Source: Pyrodictiaceae archaeon
GTDB taxonomy: Archaea > Thermoproteota > Thermoprotei_A > Sulfolobales > Pyrodictiaceae
NCBI GenBank assembly: GCA_027036135.1
Contig: JALVSY010000016.1
Span: 256,001 to 320,000, forward strand
Length of the DNA stretch: 64,000 nt
Direction of reading: 5' to 3'
Of this stretch, positions 1-9,266 are shown one piece after another. Every line of letters starts with the position of its first letter. The first letter of the stretch is position 1. A program made the translations under genes and the position numbers. The notes beneath the pieces were generated by a model. The model did not search any database. It saw nothing but the letters and a program-made list of their open reading frames with translations, and was not told the origin of the DNA.

Positions 1-860
1 CTTCCGCGTAGGTCTATTCTTGGTGCAGTATGGGAGGTCGTGGAGTAAAATGCTATTGATGTTAGCTCAGCGTAGGCATTGTCTCCTTCAACTATAGCTC
101 TCTTTACTGGCATGTGGTGTACCTCGCCTAGCCAGTTATTGATGCTCGCCACGTATAGCTTAGCGTTATTCTTCACAAACGCCTCGAGGCCTCCTAGGTG
201 TACTGCGTAGCGCAGCGCTATTGGTGTAGTACATCCCTCTATCCAGTGAAGCTCTGCGCCCTCCTCTAGGACTATTAGTGTATGCTCTGTCTGGCCGAGC
301 CCCTCCCTGCCTATTATGAAGACTCCTTGGAGTGGCTGCGGGATCTTGACGCCCCTTGGCACGTATATGAATGGTCCACCAGCCCATAACATTACATGGT
401 AAGCTGTCTTCCTATTGAGTTGTGGATGTAGGCCTCGGAACGCGTACTCTTTCACCACTGGGTAGCGCTTAACAGCTTCATCCATGCTCGTAAATATGAC
501 CCCCTTCTTCTCGAAGTACTTTAGTACAGCCTTTACAACAACGTTGTCCACATCGATGCTGAAGCCGCTAGCTAGTACCTCGAGTTCTTCCGGCTTCACG
601 CCAAGGCGCTCAGCAGCCTTTATAGCCTCCTCTGTAGGCAGTACAGGGTTCTCAAGGCTCTCGATGAACACCTTGTACGTAACCTTCTCTATCAACGGGT
701 CTATCTTAGGGTCTGGCGGCGTTGATCTAAGGTACTCGAATGCCTCTAGCCTTCTCCGGAGAACCCACTCTGGCTCCTTCCGTCTCCTACTAAACTCTAC
801 GATATCGTCACGGCTTAGCTCGGTCAGAGGCCTATCCTCTAATAAGCGTGTACCGCTCAT
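1..860 (-). CDS. sufB: SufB/SufD-family Fe-S cluster assembly scaffold (3' end runs off window)
   Basis: Manual translation from ATG at 860 (GGAGGTGA RBS upstream): MSGTRLLEDRPL...EPEWVLRRRLEAF...LWAGGPFIYVPRGV...GQTEHTLIVLEEGAELHWIEGCTTP...; open to window edge; directly downstream of sufC. Confidence 0.85.
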   Translation of the reverse strand, partial: MSGTRLLEDRPLTELSRDDIVEFSRRRKEPEWVLRRRLEAFEYLRSTPPDPKIDPLIEKVTYKVFIESLENPVLPTEEAIKAAERLGVKPEELEVLASGFSIDVDNVVVKAVLKYFEKKGVIFTSMDEAVKRYPVVKEYAFRGLHPQLNRKTAYHVMLWAGGPFIYVPRGVKIPQPLQGVFIIGREGLGQTEHTLIVLEEGAELHWIEGCTTPIALRYAVHLGGLEAFVKNNAKLYVASINNWLGEVHHMPVKRAIVEGDNAYAELTSIAFYSTTSHTAPRIDLRG

Positions 861-867
861 ACATTAT

Positions 868-1611
868 TCACCTCCCACCATTGCGGTGAGCTATCCACGT
901 GTAGCCCTTGTCCTCTATGAGCTGGACGAGGTCAAGGCCGCCCTCCGCGACTATGCGGCCATTATACATTACATAGACATGGTCTGGTTCAAGGTGCTTA
1001 AATAAGCGTGGTTGGTGAGTTATGAGTACAACTATAGCTCCGTCTTCTCTCAGCTTCTCAATAGCCTTAGCAACCAGGGGCATACTCTCAACATCAACGC
1101 CGCTATCAGGCTCGTCTAGGAGAGCGACACGAGGCCTCTGAGCCAGAACCCTTGCGAGTTCGAGTCTCTTTCTCTCACCGCCACTCATCCCTACCATGAA
1201 GTAACGTGACATTATTGAGTCGCTGAGCCCTACTAGGCCCAGTAGCTCACGGGCAATGCGGAGCGCCTCATCGGTCTTATCGACCCCCTGGAACCTCTTA
1301 ATTATCCTTGATAATAGCTCTGCTACGCGAACCCCCTCTATCTCCAGGGGCATCTGAGTAGCGAGAGTTATTCCCTTGCGGGCCTTTTCATGCGTCGGTA
1401 GCTTCGTTATATCCTCTCCCTCGAGGAGAACCCGACCCTCAAGGCGGTAGCTCTGATGACCCATTATCGCGTTAACCAGGCTGCTCTTACCAGCGCCGTT
1501 AGGACCCATTATCGTATAGATTCCAGGCTTCACTAGGCACAGCGATACCTCCTTGACCACCTCTTTGCCATCACTGGTATACACCTTTACCTTTTGGATC
1601 TCGAAGGTCAT
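868..1611 (-). CDS. sufC: SufC-type ABC ATPase
   Basis: Walker A GPNGAGKS, SGGERKRLE signature, LLDEPDSGVD, ITH; adjacent to sufB. Confidence 0.9.
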   Translation of the reverse strand: MTFEIQKVKVYTSDGKEVVKEVSLCLVKPGIYTIMGPNGAGKSSLVNAIMGHQSYRLEGRVLLEGEDITKLPTHEKARKGITLATQMPLEIEGVRVAELLSRIIKRFQGVDKTDEALRIARELLGLVGLSDSIMSRYFMVGMSGGERKRLELARVLAQRPRVALLDEPDSGVDVESMPLVAKAIEKLREDGAIVVLITHQPRLFKHLEPDHVYVMYNGRIVAEGGLDLVQLIEDKGYTWIAHRNGGR

Positions 1612-1740
1612 CCACCGGCACCTCTCACTACTAATCTCTGTTTTGAACCCTTGTTAAAGAAAGTGTTTCACGCCTGTTAATAAAGGCTCTCCACAGGGAG
1701 AGAAAACAGCTACTTTAACACCACAACTCAGGTCAGCGGC

Positions 1741-2490
1741 CTATGCCTTACCGCTGAGTAGGATCCGCTTTAACCACTCGTAGTATCTTTTCTCAAGGCC
1801 GAGAAACTCTAGTTTCTTCAACACCTTGTCAATATCGTATTTGACTCGGTAATGCCTCGTCTCCAGGGTTTCAGTATCAAGTATCATGTATGAAGCCGTG
1901 GGAATCCCGTCCCTTGGCTGACCAACACTTCCCGGATTAACCACAACTAGATCATTCACACATAGCCTGAACGGTATATGGGTATGCCCAACAACGACTA
2001 CGTCAGCGCTGACCAGGCGTCCTCTCTTCCCAAGCCTCATACTAAGAACCGATAAATGTTCCAGGATCTTCTCCTCGGGCATATCGGGTCTAAGATAACC
2101 ATATAGAGGACTAAGAGGCGATCCATGAACAATGTAGAACACGCGATCACTTATCTGGATTCGTTGCTTAATGGGCAGCGACCTAAGCCACTCCACCTGG
2201 TCACGGTTTAGTAACTTTAGCGAAATGTTCTCCCGGGTATAAACGCTGAGCTCATGGATTCTCGGATCACAAAAACAATCAACACCAAAAGCAACAGCGT
2301 TGTCATGATTACCTCTAACTATTATCCTTGGCTCGAGTTCCCTAATAGTATCTACTACTACGTGCGGCTCCGGGCCATAGTCCACGAGATCGCCTAGAAC
2401 CCATACCTCATCCCAGCCCCTAGCATGCTCAAGCACTGCTCTTAGTGCATCAGCGTTACCATGTATATCTGATAAAACGAGAACCCTCAC
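1741..2490 (-). CDS. Calcineurin-like metallophosphoesterase (YfcE/MJ0936 type)
   Basis: SDIHGN, LGDLVDYGP, RGNHD, VHGSP, GHTH, NPGSVGQPRD motifs. Confidence 0.88.
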   Translation of the reverse strand: MRVLVLSDIHGNADALRAVLEHARGWDEVWVLGDLVDYGPEPHVVVDTIRELEPRIIVRGNHDNAVAFGVDCFCDPRIHELSVYTRENISLKLLNRDQVEWLRSLPIKQRIQISDRVFYIVHGSPLSPLYGYLRPDMPEEKILEHLSVLSMRLGKRGRLVSADVVVVGHTHIPFRLCVNDLVVVNPGSVGQPRDGIPTASYMILDTETLETRHYRVKYDIDKVLKKLEFLGLEKRYYEWLKRILLSGKA

Positions 2491-3557
2491 GGTCTCATCC
2501 CCTTCCTCTCGGGTGGTAGGCGACGAGGTTCTCCTACCAATTTTCTTGCTGAGACTATTACTGGGTTCCTTATCTTAAAGCGCTCCTCAGCGCTTACTAG
2601 GCCTCTCTCGTGGTAAGCTAGCGATTCCCAGAACCCGTCCTCGTATTCGCTGAGGAGTACTATCTCAGTTATCCACTTGGCTGCCTTCCAGCCATAGAGG
2701 CTTGGGAAGAAGAGCCTAGCGGGGAAACCATGCTCCCTTGCTAAAGGCCTATCATCTACATGTGTTATCACTGCACCCTCTTCGGTAGCGATGCTCAATG
2801 GAACTATTGATGCATAGCCCCATGGATTCCGGGCTGCTAGCCACTTAGCCGAGCTAGCCACGCCTACTTCCTCCAGCAGCTCTGAGAGCCACACACCCCG
2901 CCACTGGTGCTTTCCTGTGCTCCAGCCCGTGACGCAGTGAAACTCGTACTCGCTGAGCAACCTGCTACGCCTAACAAGCTCCTCGTAGCTAAGTGTCTTG
3001 GGGGAAGAGACCTCGCCACTTATCCTTAGCCGCCACCCATTAATGCTTATCTCGGGGATTCCCTCAGCAACATAAACTATGAAGCGGGGTACTGTTATCT
3101 GGCCAGATGCTGTCTTAGAGCCTCTCGGCTCTAGGAAAACCGTGCCTATTGTATTGCCCTTCCTGACCACTTTCTCCGCCCCGAGCTTCTCGGCAACAAT
3201 GCTACTAATCTTGCTAGAGATGCCTGCCTCCAGAGCTCCAGACACATTTACCACATAGCCCCCGCTCTCAACTACCCTCAGCTCACCAATCGAGTCATTC
3301 CCGATTCTCAGAGGGTATGCATAGAGGTTGAAGCGCCTACCTATGTACTCCCAGTGAACACTATCAATACCTATCCCTAGCTCAGCGCCAAGGGTGTCTG
3401 CTAGAAACGTGGTTGCTTTCTTAGCGACCATCGTAATATCATTGTACCTCTCTACATTGTCTATGTCAACTGTGCACTCAAAACTATAAGGCACCAGAGT
3501 ACCAGCCATCAAGATACCGTTGTAGCGTACCAGGCAACCCAGTACGTCGCGATACAA
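2487..3557 (-). CDS. Sulfite oxidase-like molybdopterin-binding oxidoreductase with extra N-terminal domain
   Basis: FHCVTGWS Mo-ligand Cys motif, W.GV.L, EHGFPARL, YGWKAAKWI, GFWE..YH in the C-terminal ~200 aa. Confidence 0.8.
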   Translation of the reverse strand: MYRDVLGCLVRYNGILMAGTLVPYSFECTVDIDNVERYNDITMVAKKATTFLADTLGAELGIGIDSVHWEYIGRRFNLYAYPLRIGNDSIGELRVVESGGYVVNVSGALEAGISSKISSIVAEKLGAEKVVRKGNTIGTVFLEPRGSKTASGQITVPRFIVYVAEGIPEISINGWRLRISGEVSSPKTLSYEELVRRSRLLSEYEFHCVTGWSTGKHQWRGVWLSELLEEVGVASSAKWLAARNPWGYASIVPLSIATEEGAVITHVDDRPLAREHGFPARLFFPSLYGWKAAKWITEIVLLSEYEDGFWESLAYHERGLVSAEERFKIRNPVIVSARKLVGEPRRLPPERKGMRP

Positions 3558-3674
3558 AAATAATTACACCTCTAGGACAAGGCTTTTCTCCCTCAGCACC
3601 ACTAATCCGCTTTTCGTAACAGGCCAGCCGAATCACTACCAGCGGTATAGCTAGGCTAGGGGTGGCTCGACGCA

Positions 3675-4547
3675 GTGAACAAGTGTACAAGAATAGGAGA
3701 TGTACTAGTATGTGTGGGCGATATGAGAACAAATACAACCATAGTCAGGGACATAGTCATTGACGCTTCTCTCCCCCTTGCAAGGCTCCTAGCCAAGCCA
3801 CGCCTCCTGCTACTAACACATGGCCATGCTGACCACTTTAGGTATGCTCATGAATACCGTGGCTCGGGCATAGTCGTTGCTGCTCCTCGACACTGCCTAC
3901 CCCTTGTGGAGAACCCTGCAATTAACCAAATGGCCACTATCGGGTGGGCTGGCCCTATTGATGAGGAGCTCGTTACAAGGTACTTTGTCGGGAGAGGAGT
4001 AAGAGTTGATATAATCCTCGAGCCCGGCCAAGTAACCAATGGAGTTGAGGCATTAGCAGCACCGGGCCACACCCCTGGCCACCTCGTCTACCTCGCCGAG
4101 ACAAGGAATGCACGGGTACTAGTGGCAGGCGATACCGTGCTTGGCGAGGACTATCTAGAGAAGACACCGCTCCCTTATCATACCAGTACGCTGTGGCTTG
4201 AGGGGAGCCTCAACAGGATCAAGAGTCTGGATATTGATGTCCTTGTGCCAGGCCACGGGGAGGTAGCTATTGGTAAGCGAGAGGCTCGTAGACTAGTTGA
4301 AGCAAACTTGTCAAAGATCGAGTCAATGCTGCGCTTAGTGGAGAGCGTCCTACCTGGTTCCAGCGAGGACCCAGTCTATGTAGACGAGGTTGTTGCGAGG
4401 ATTGCTGAGAAACTGGGCTATACTCGTAGTAAGAGAGCGTACTCAGCGCTATCGCCCACTATCCGTGCACTCTTGTTAGCGTTAAAGCATAGGGGGCTCG
4501 CAGAATCAATACCATACAAAGGGGTACTAGCGTGGAGAAGAAAATAG
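3675..4547 (+). CDS. Metallo-beta-lactamase-fold hydrolase
   Basis: THGHADH, PGHTPGH, AGD, VPGHG motifs. Confidence 0.8.
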   Translation: MNKCTRIGDVLVCVGDMRTNTTIVRDIVIDASLPLARLLAKPRLLLLTHGHADHFRYAHEYRGSGIVVAAPRHCLPLVENPAINQMATIGWAGPIDEELVTRYFVGRGVRVDIILEPGQVTNGVEALAAPGHTPGHLVYLAETRNARVLVAGDTVLGEDYLEKTPLPYHTSTLWLEGSLNRIKSLDIDVLVPGHGEVAIGKREARRLVEANLSKIESMLRLVESVLPGSSEDPVYVDEVVARIAEKLGYTRSKRAYSALSPTIRALLLALKHRGLAESIPYKGVLAWRRK

Positions 4548-5610
4548 GGCCCCGGGCTAGGCTCTGGAAACCCCTACTCGGCAAACCTGGTTTCGTCCAA
4601 TGCCTCGTCTGCGAGAGAAGATGCCCTATAGCCCCGGGTTCTCGCGGCGCTTGCGGCAACTACGTGAACGCTAGGAGTGAGCTACGCCACCTGGGCTACG
4701 GGAGGCTAAGTGCTATCAAGAGCCGGCCTATCGAGATAAAGCCCCTCTTCCACTACTGGCCCAATAGCACCGCGCTGACCTTCTCCGGTGGGGCTGCAAC
4801 TTCTACTGTCCATGGTGCCAGAACCACCTACTAAGCTTCCGCCACCCGGGGCCAGAGGACCCAGTAGTTGAGCCAGCAACACTGATCCGTGAAGCACTGC
4901 GCAGCGATGACGAGGGCCTTTGCGCGAGCTTCAATGAGCCAGCAACCCTCTTCGACTACCTACTTGATGTTTTCGAGCTAGCTAAGAAGAAGGGACTCTA
5001 CGGCTCAATAGTAACTAATGGATACTTCACTCCCAGGGCAATAGATATGCTCGTAGAAGCCGGTGTCGATGGGTGGAGCATCGATATCAAGGGCTGCCCA
5101 AAGCTAAGAGAAAAGAAGATACTCGTGCCGATAAACCACGAGTACGTGTTTAGGAATGCCCGCCGAGTCCTAGATCACGGCGGCCACGTAGAAATGGTCC
5201 ACCTGGTAGTAACTGGTGCAAACGATGACTCGGAGTGCTTTGAGTGGATAATAGACAAGCACATAGAGTACCTAGGACATAGTACACCGCTTCACATCAA
5301 CCGGTACTATCCCGCTCATCATTGGAGAGAGCCGCCGACACAGGTTGAGAAGCTCCTAGAGTGGCGCAGAAAAGCGCTACGAGAAGGCATAGAGTATGTC
5401 TACATCGGTAATCTAGGGGACCCAGAGCTAGAGACCACGCGGTGCCCGAGATGCGGAAAAGTACTGATAAGGCGAGAGGGCTATCGCGTCACCTACTTCG
5501 CCCTAGACTGTAGCAACGGGAAATGCCGCTGCCCACGATGCGGCTACCCCGTGAATATCCGTGGCCGCTACATACCTGGTAAGCTATGGGTTCCCCGCAC
5601 GCTTCTCTAA
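4532..5610 (+). pseudogene. Radical SAM enzyme (AmmeMemoRadiSam/PflX-like), frameshifted at ~4788
   Basis: ORF 4532-4834 has C..CERRC...G.CG and PIEIKPLFHYWP; GCNFYCPWCQN (CxxxCxxC) begins in another frame right after TTCTCCGG and stays open into ORF 5047-5610 (SFNEP, VTNGY, DIKG, C-terminal CPRCG Zn ribbons). Confidence 0.8.
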
Positions 5611-5651
5611 CCACTCATAATGAGTGGTATCAAAGCTGGGTGACCCGGGCT

Positions 5652-6719
5652 ATGAGGAGCCAAGCACTACTCGTCATAGCCCTGGCCGCATTACTAGTCC
5701 TCGCTGCACTACTAGTGCTCAGCCACCACGGAGCCAGGGAGGCGACTACTCCTAGGCACCCCATTACCGCTGACCAGTATCAGCGCATCCTCGGAGTAGG
5801 CCTAGCTGTTGACTGGCTAAACTATAGGAGAGTTGAGCACTGGTACTTCTACTGGAGAAGCCACGGAGTAAGCATACCAGCAATGATAAGGGCCAAGGGC
5901 TTCACCCACGTAAGGATAAGGATAAGCGGCGACGTAGTAGCGAACAAGACGCTTCTCCACATGCTAAGAACAGTGGTAAATGATTGCCTAGGAGCTGGCC
6001 TAGTACCAGTCATAACCTATACCGCTCCGCGCCTAAGAGGAGGGGATCTCAGCTCCTCTGCCCAGAGACACTTTGTCCAATGGTGGGTAACTGTAGCCAA
6101 GTATCTCCGAGACGAGCCCTACCTAGTCTCATACGACTTAGTAATAGAGGGTAGCGGCGCTCTCAGAGACAAACAAGAGCTACTAAACAGGCTTTACAAC
6201 GAGACCATAGCCGCGATAAGGAGAATAGACCCCTACCGAGTAATCATCGTGACTCCCGCCAATACCTCGAGCCCTTTCAGCCTCAAATACCTCAGAATCC
6301 GCTTCGACAACTACACCATCGCTGAGTGGCACATATACGCGGGCGGGCCAAAAGGACCCCTACAGAAACCCTTTGATAAAGCCTTCATCAAGGCAGCGAT
6401 AGAGACCGCGCTCAACTGGTCCAAGGAGACACACGTACCCGTGTACATGGGTGCCTGGCGACCAAACAGGATACCAAAACATAATAAAGAGAGACTACCA
6501 GACGGAGCACCCCGTGGAAAATACACATTGAGCGTGGCAATCCAGTTCTCAAAATACATGGCAGAACAGCTATGCAGCCACCACATACCATTCACAGTGA
6601 ACGCAGACACGCTCTTCATAGACTACGAGAAACCAGGTTGGTACCCCAGCCAAGAACCAATAATAAACACGATAATCAACACATGCAAAGCCATAGAGAC
6701 CAACGAGGAAAAGCACTAG
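5652..6719 (+). CDS. Secreted/membrane-anchored glycoside hydrolase family 5 (cellulase)-like protein
   Basis: N-terminal hydrophobic signal; GFTHVRIRI, F..WW..VA.Y, YDLVIE, IRRIDP.R.IIV, EWHIYA, PVYMGAW follow the GH5 TIM-barrel pattern; start chosen at ATG 5652. Confidence 0.72.
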   Translation: MRSQALLVIALAALLVLAALLVLSHHGAREATTPRHPITADQYQRILGVGLAVDWLNYRRVEHWYFYWRSHGVSIPAMIRAKGFTHVRIRISGDVVANKTLLHMLRTVVNDCLGAGLVPVITYTAPRLRGGDLSSSAQRHFVQWWVTVAKYLRDEPYLVSYDLVIEGSGALRDKQELLNRLYNETIAAIRRIDPYRVIIVTPANTSSPFSLKYLRIRFDNYTIAEWHIYAGGPKGPLQKPFDKAFIKAAIETALNWSKETHVPVYMGAWRPNRIPKHNKERLPDGAPRGKYTLSVAIQFSKYMAEQLCSHHIPFTVNADTLFIDYEKPGWYPSQEPIINTIINTCKAIETNEEKH

Positions 6720-6792
6720 AAACAATATAACCAGGACAACAAGACTACAACAACATACACGGCGGCCCGCCAACCAGCCATGGACTAGGACT

Positions 6793-6870
<78 letters not shown>

Positions 6871-7012
6871 CGCTTTGTCGCTTTTGACGTATTGGCGTTT
6901 GCTCGTTCCTGGCTCTCTACGCTCCACTGTTTCTGCTGCCGATCAAGCATTGAACCAGTAATGCAACTATTACTCATACTGCTGCAACCTTAAATTTCCA
7001 GCAGTTAAGACA

Positions 7013-7384
7013 TCACGGTGTGAGTGGGTGTAGCTCTATAGCGGCGGACGTAACTATTGCTAGAACATGCCTCCTTTCAAGCACTTCTAGGGCCTTTACT
7101 ATGTTTCTGGCGAGTTTCTCGACGTTATCCCTTTTTACCGGCTCAGCGACATAGATAAGCCCGTACCTTATCCTCCTCCTTAGGTTCGTTTCCAGGAAGT
7201 CACTGTCTCTCGTCAATACCGCTCTTCCATCACTGTTAGCCAGGTCTACCACTTCCCTATCGCTTATGCCTCGATAGCGGGTCTCGGGAATCCATACTAC
7301 GTCGAGCCCCATGCTCCTAAGGAGCCTTACGAGCGGCCAGGGTATATTCTCGTCAGCTAGAAGCTTCGGCTGCGACCACCTCAA
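7013..7384 (-). CDS. DUF5615/Mut7-C-like PIN toxin (VapC45 type)
   Basis: LLADENIP, G.SD.EV, VLTRDSDF motifs; overlaps upstream DUF433 gene. Confidence 0.8.
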   Translation of the reverse strand: MRWSQPKLLADENIPWPLVRLLRSMGLDVVWIPETRYRGISDREVVDLANSDGRAVLTRDSDFLETNLRRRIRYGLIYVAEPVKRDNVEKLARNIVKALEVLERRHVLAIVTSAAIELHPLTP

Positions 7385-7595
7385 CCTTCCTTAGGGTCTC
7401 CAGGGCATACCTTAGCGCCTCGTAAACAGCCTCCACGGGTATCCTGTAGTTCTCAGCAACCTCCTCAACACTCCAACCATTAGCCAGCGCCTCTAAGATA
7501 TCATCAACGGTTATACGGGTTCCCTTGACCGTGGGTCTCCCACCACGCCTACCCGGGACTATCTCGAGCCACCTATACCCTGGCAGCGTTACCAT
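7353..7595 (-). CDS. DUF433 antitoxin (VapB45 type)
   Basis: P.RRGGRPTVKGTRITV..IL..LA.G.S.EEVA..Y signature. Confidence 0.85.
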   Translation of the reverse strand: MVTLPGYRWLEIVPGRRGGRPTVKGTRITVDDILEALANGWSVEEVAENYRIPVEAVYEALRYALETLRKVEVVAAEASS

Positions 7596-8105
7596 CTTCC
7601 AGGCACCTCCATGTCCTGCTCCAGCTAGGAAGGTAGTATATAGTATAGCGCTATATCCTTGTGTTTATGTGGTAGAAGACTCACTTATTTTTGCTTGCAC
7701 TTCTTTTCTTTATTCTGTTAATAATTCAGGTCCTCTACATTCTAGTCCCGGTTTTCGTGTGCAATAAGCGTTCTCTGTGATTACAATAACTCTACCCCTG
7801 GGCCCGTCTGCGGGGACGGGCACGCTCCTATATCAAGACTACATGTTGTACATTATTGGTCTGGGCAAGTGTAGAGCCGGCTCTCAGGCCTCAACGCCCC
7901 TCTCTACAACCCTCTGTAGGGCCTCACCAATACGGGGCCTCCAGGCACAGTAGCCTCGTGCCAACATGAGCAGCACCTCTACAGCTGACCACGAAGCCCT
8001 CTATTACAAGATTATTCGGGCAAGTCTTAGGGCAGGCTGAAGCACCAGCTATAATAATCTCAGCCGAACGTAACTAATAGTAAGGGAAGATTAATGTTTC
8101 TAAGC

Positions 8106-8417
8106 TTAGCGGGAATACTGGGTATAGGATACTGAAGTATATCGTTGAGAAGTATGCCGTAGGAAGGTTATTTGCTTATCAAGCCCTCTAAGCGTTTCCC
8201 TGACCCTTTCCGGCTTCTTCTTTAGCTCGTAGGCTCTCATACCCGTCAAGAGCTTGATGAGAACGAACAATACCTCTGAGAATACAACACTATTAATAAC
8301 GCTATTAATATAGCCTATTGTTTCGCCGCTAAGCACGGATTCTAAGACTCTTTTAGCTGCTAAGTCACCAGCATAGTATCTAATTATAACGTTGGAGTCA
8401 ATAAAGGCCGAACTCAT
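8106..8417 (-). pseudogene. Truncated PIN-domain (VapC) toxin
   Basis: FIDSNVII and VVFSEV motifs present; internal INSV duplication; C-terminal conserved acidic motifs missing. Confidence 0.7.
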
Positions 8418-8593
8418 CCTCTGCCTCCCTTAAAGCCTTGTCGATCTTCTCCTTTTCCACCTTTATAGAGCCGAAAACTTCCTCAGCAATATCCTTGCCC
8501 AGTATCTTGATTATGACTACCTCCCCATCTCTTAACTCCTTTATTTTATTAAGAGGCTTGAAAACATCTCTCATACTTGGCCCGTATAATCAT
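8398..8593 (-). pseudogene. Frameshifted AF2212/DUF104-family antitoxin
   Basis: MIIRAKYE in one frame, then VFKPLNKIKELRDGEVVIIKI...EAEDEFGLY* in another; overlaps PIN start as in a TA operon. Confidence 0.65.
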
Positions 8594-8805
8594 AGACAAT
8601 CCGCCTACCTCCCTACACCTAACTATCCTCAATTAATAGTTAAATAGCTTTCACCATGATGTTTAAGCCGAGCACTAACGCCAAGGCTACTACTTCGCTC
8701 CACCTCTACTATTCTTCGTCCCCTCTACAAAATTCTCAACAACATTTGAATCCTCACCGCAACTGGCCTAAGATTAATACTAATTTCATGGGAACAACAG
8801 TGCCT

Positions 8806-8861
8806 AAGTGCTGGCCTTCAAAGCCGATAGTCCAGGGCTCGAATCCCAGCGTGTCCTGCCA
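8806..8861 (+). repeat. Degenerate direct repeat of tRNA-Arg 3' half (attR-like)
   Basis: ctggccttcaaagccgatagtccagggctcgaatcccagcgtgtcctgcca aligns by eye with ccggcctccggagccggaggtcccgggttcaaatcccggcgggcccgcca (6821-6870); no 5' acceptor or D-arm. Confidence 0.7.
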
Positions 8862-9035
8862 TAGTAGTAATCTCTTTGATACCCATATCAATGTCCAATA
8901 TAATATTTATCGTTTCATTTTATTTAAACTTAAATATTTGACAAGCTTACGGGAAGTTGAGGCTTTGATTGCTGTATAACTAGTGATTCTTATATACTAG
9001 TAGCCACATCTTATCCTACATGGTGTGTCTACCTT

Positions 9036-9266
9036 ATGGGTAGGTATGTTACTGTCTCCGCTAAGGTTAGGAGAGAGCTTCTAGAGGAGGCTAGACGGCT
9101 GAACATCAACGTCTCCGAGCTTATAAGGAGGGCTCTCGAGGAAGAGGTACGACAACGTAAGTTGATAAAGCTAGAGGAGAGGCTAAGAAGGAAGCACAGC
9201 ATACTCGCCAAGATAGATGTAAATGAAATAGTGAGGCTAATCCGGGAAGATAGGGAAACAAGATGA
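9036..9266 (+). CDS. Ribbon-helix-helix (CcdA/VapB-like) antitoxin
   Basis: VTVSAKVRRELLEEARRLNINVSELIRRALEEEV; ATGA overlap with PIN gene. Confidence 0.85.
   Translation: MGRYVTVSAKVRRELLEEARRLNINVSELIRRALEEEVRQRKLIKLEERLRRKHSILAKIDVNEIVRLIREDRETR

Larger units (their letters stand above)
6871..8861. mobile_element. Decayed tRNA-Arg-anchored integrative element remnant carrying TA modules
   Basis: Bounded by the intact tRNA-Arg and a degenerate direct repeat of its 3' half at 8806-8861; contains only TA genes and pseudogene fragments; no recognisable integrase. Confidence 0.45.

Noticed and set aside
7770-8100. IS200/IS605-like end or gene relic (hairpin GCCCGTC-N6-GACGGGC)
   Set aside because: No transposase or TnpB coding similarity recognisable
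8790-8861. Selenocysteine or opal-suppressor tRNA (UCA anticodon), or a split-tRNA half
   Set aside because: No 5' acceptor strand or D-arm, no long variable arm, T-loop and T-stem mutated; better explained as a decayed att copy
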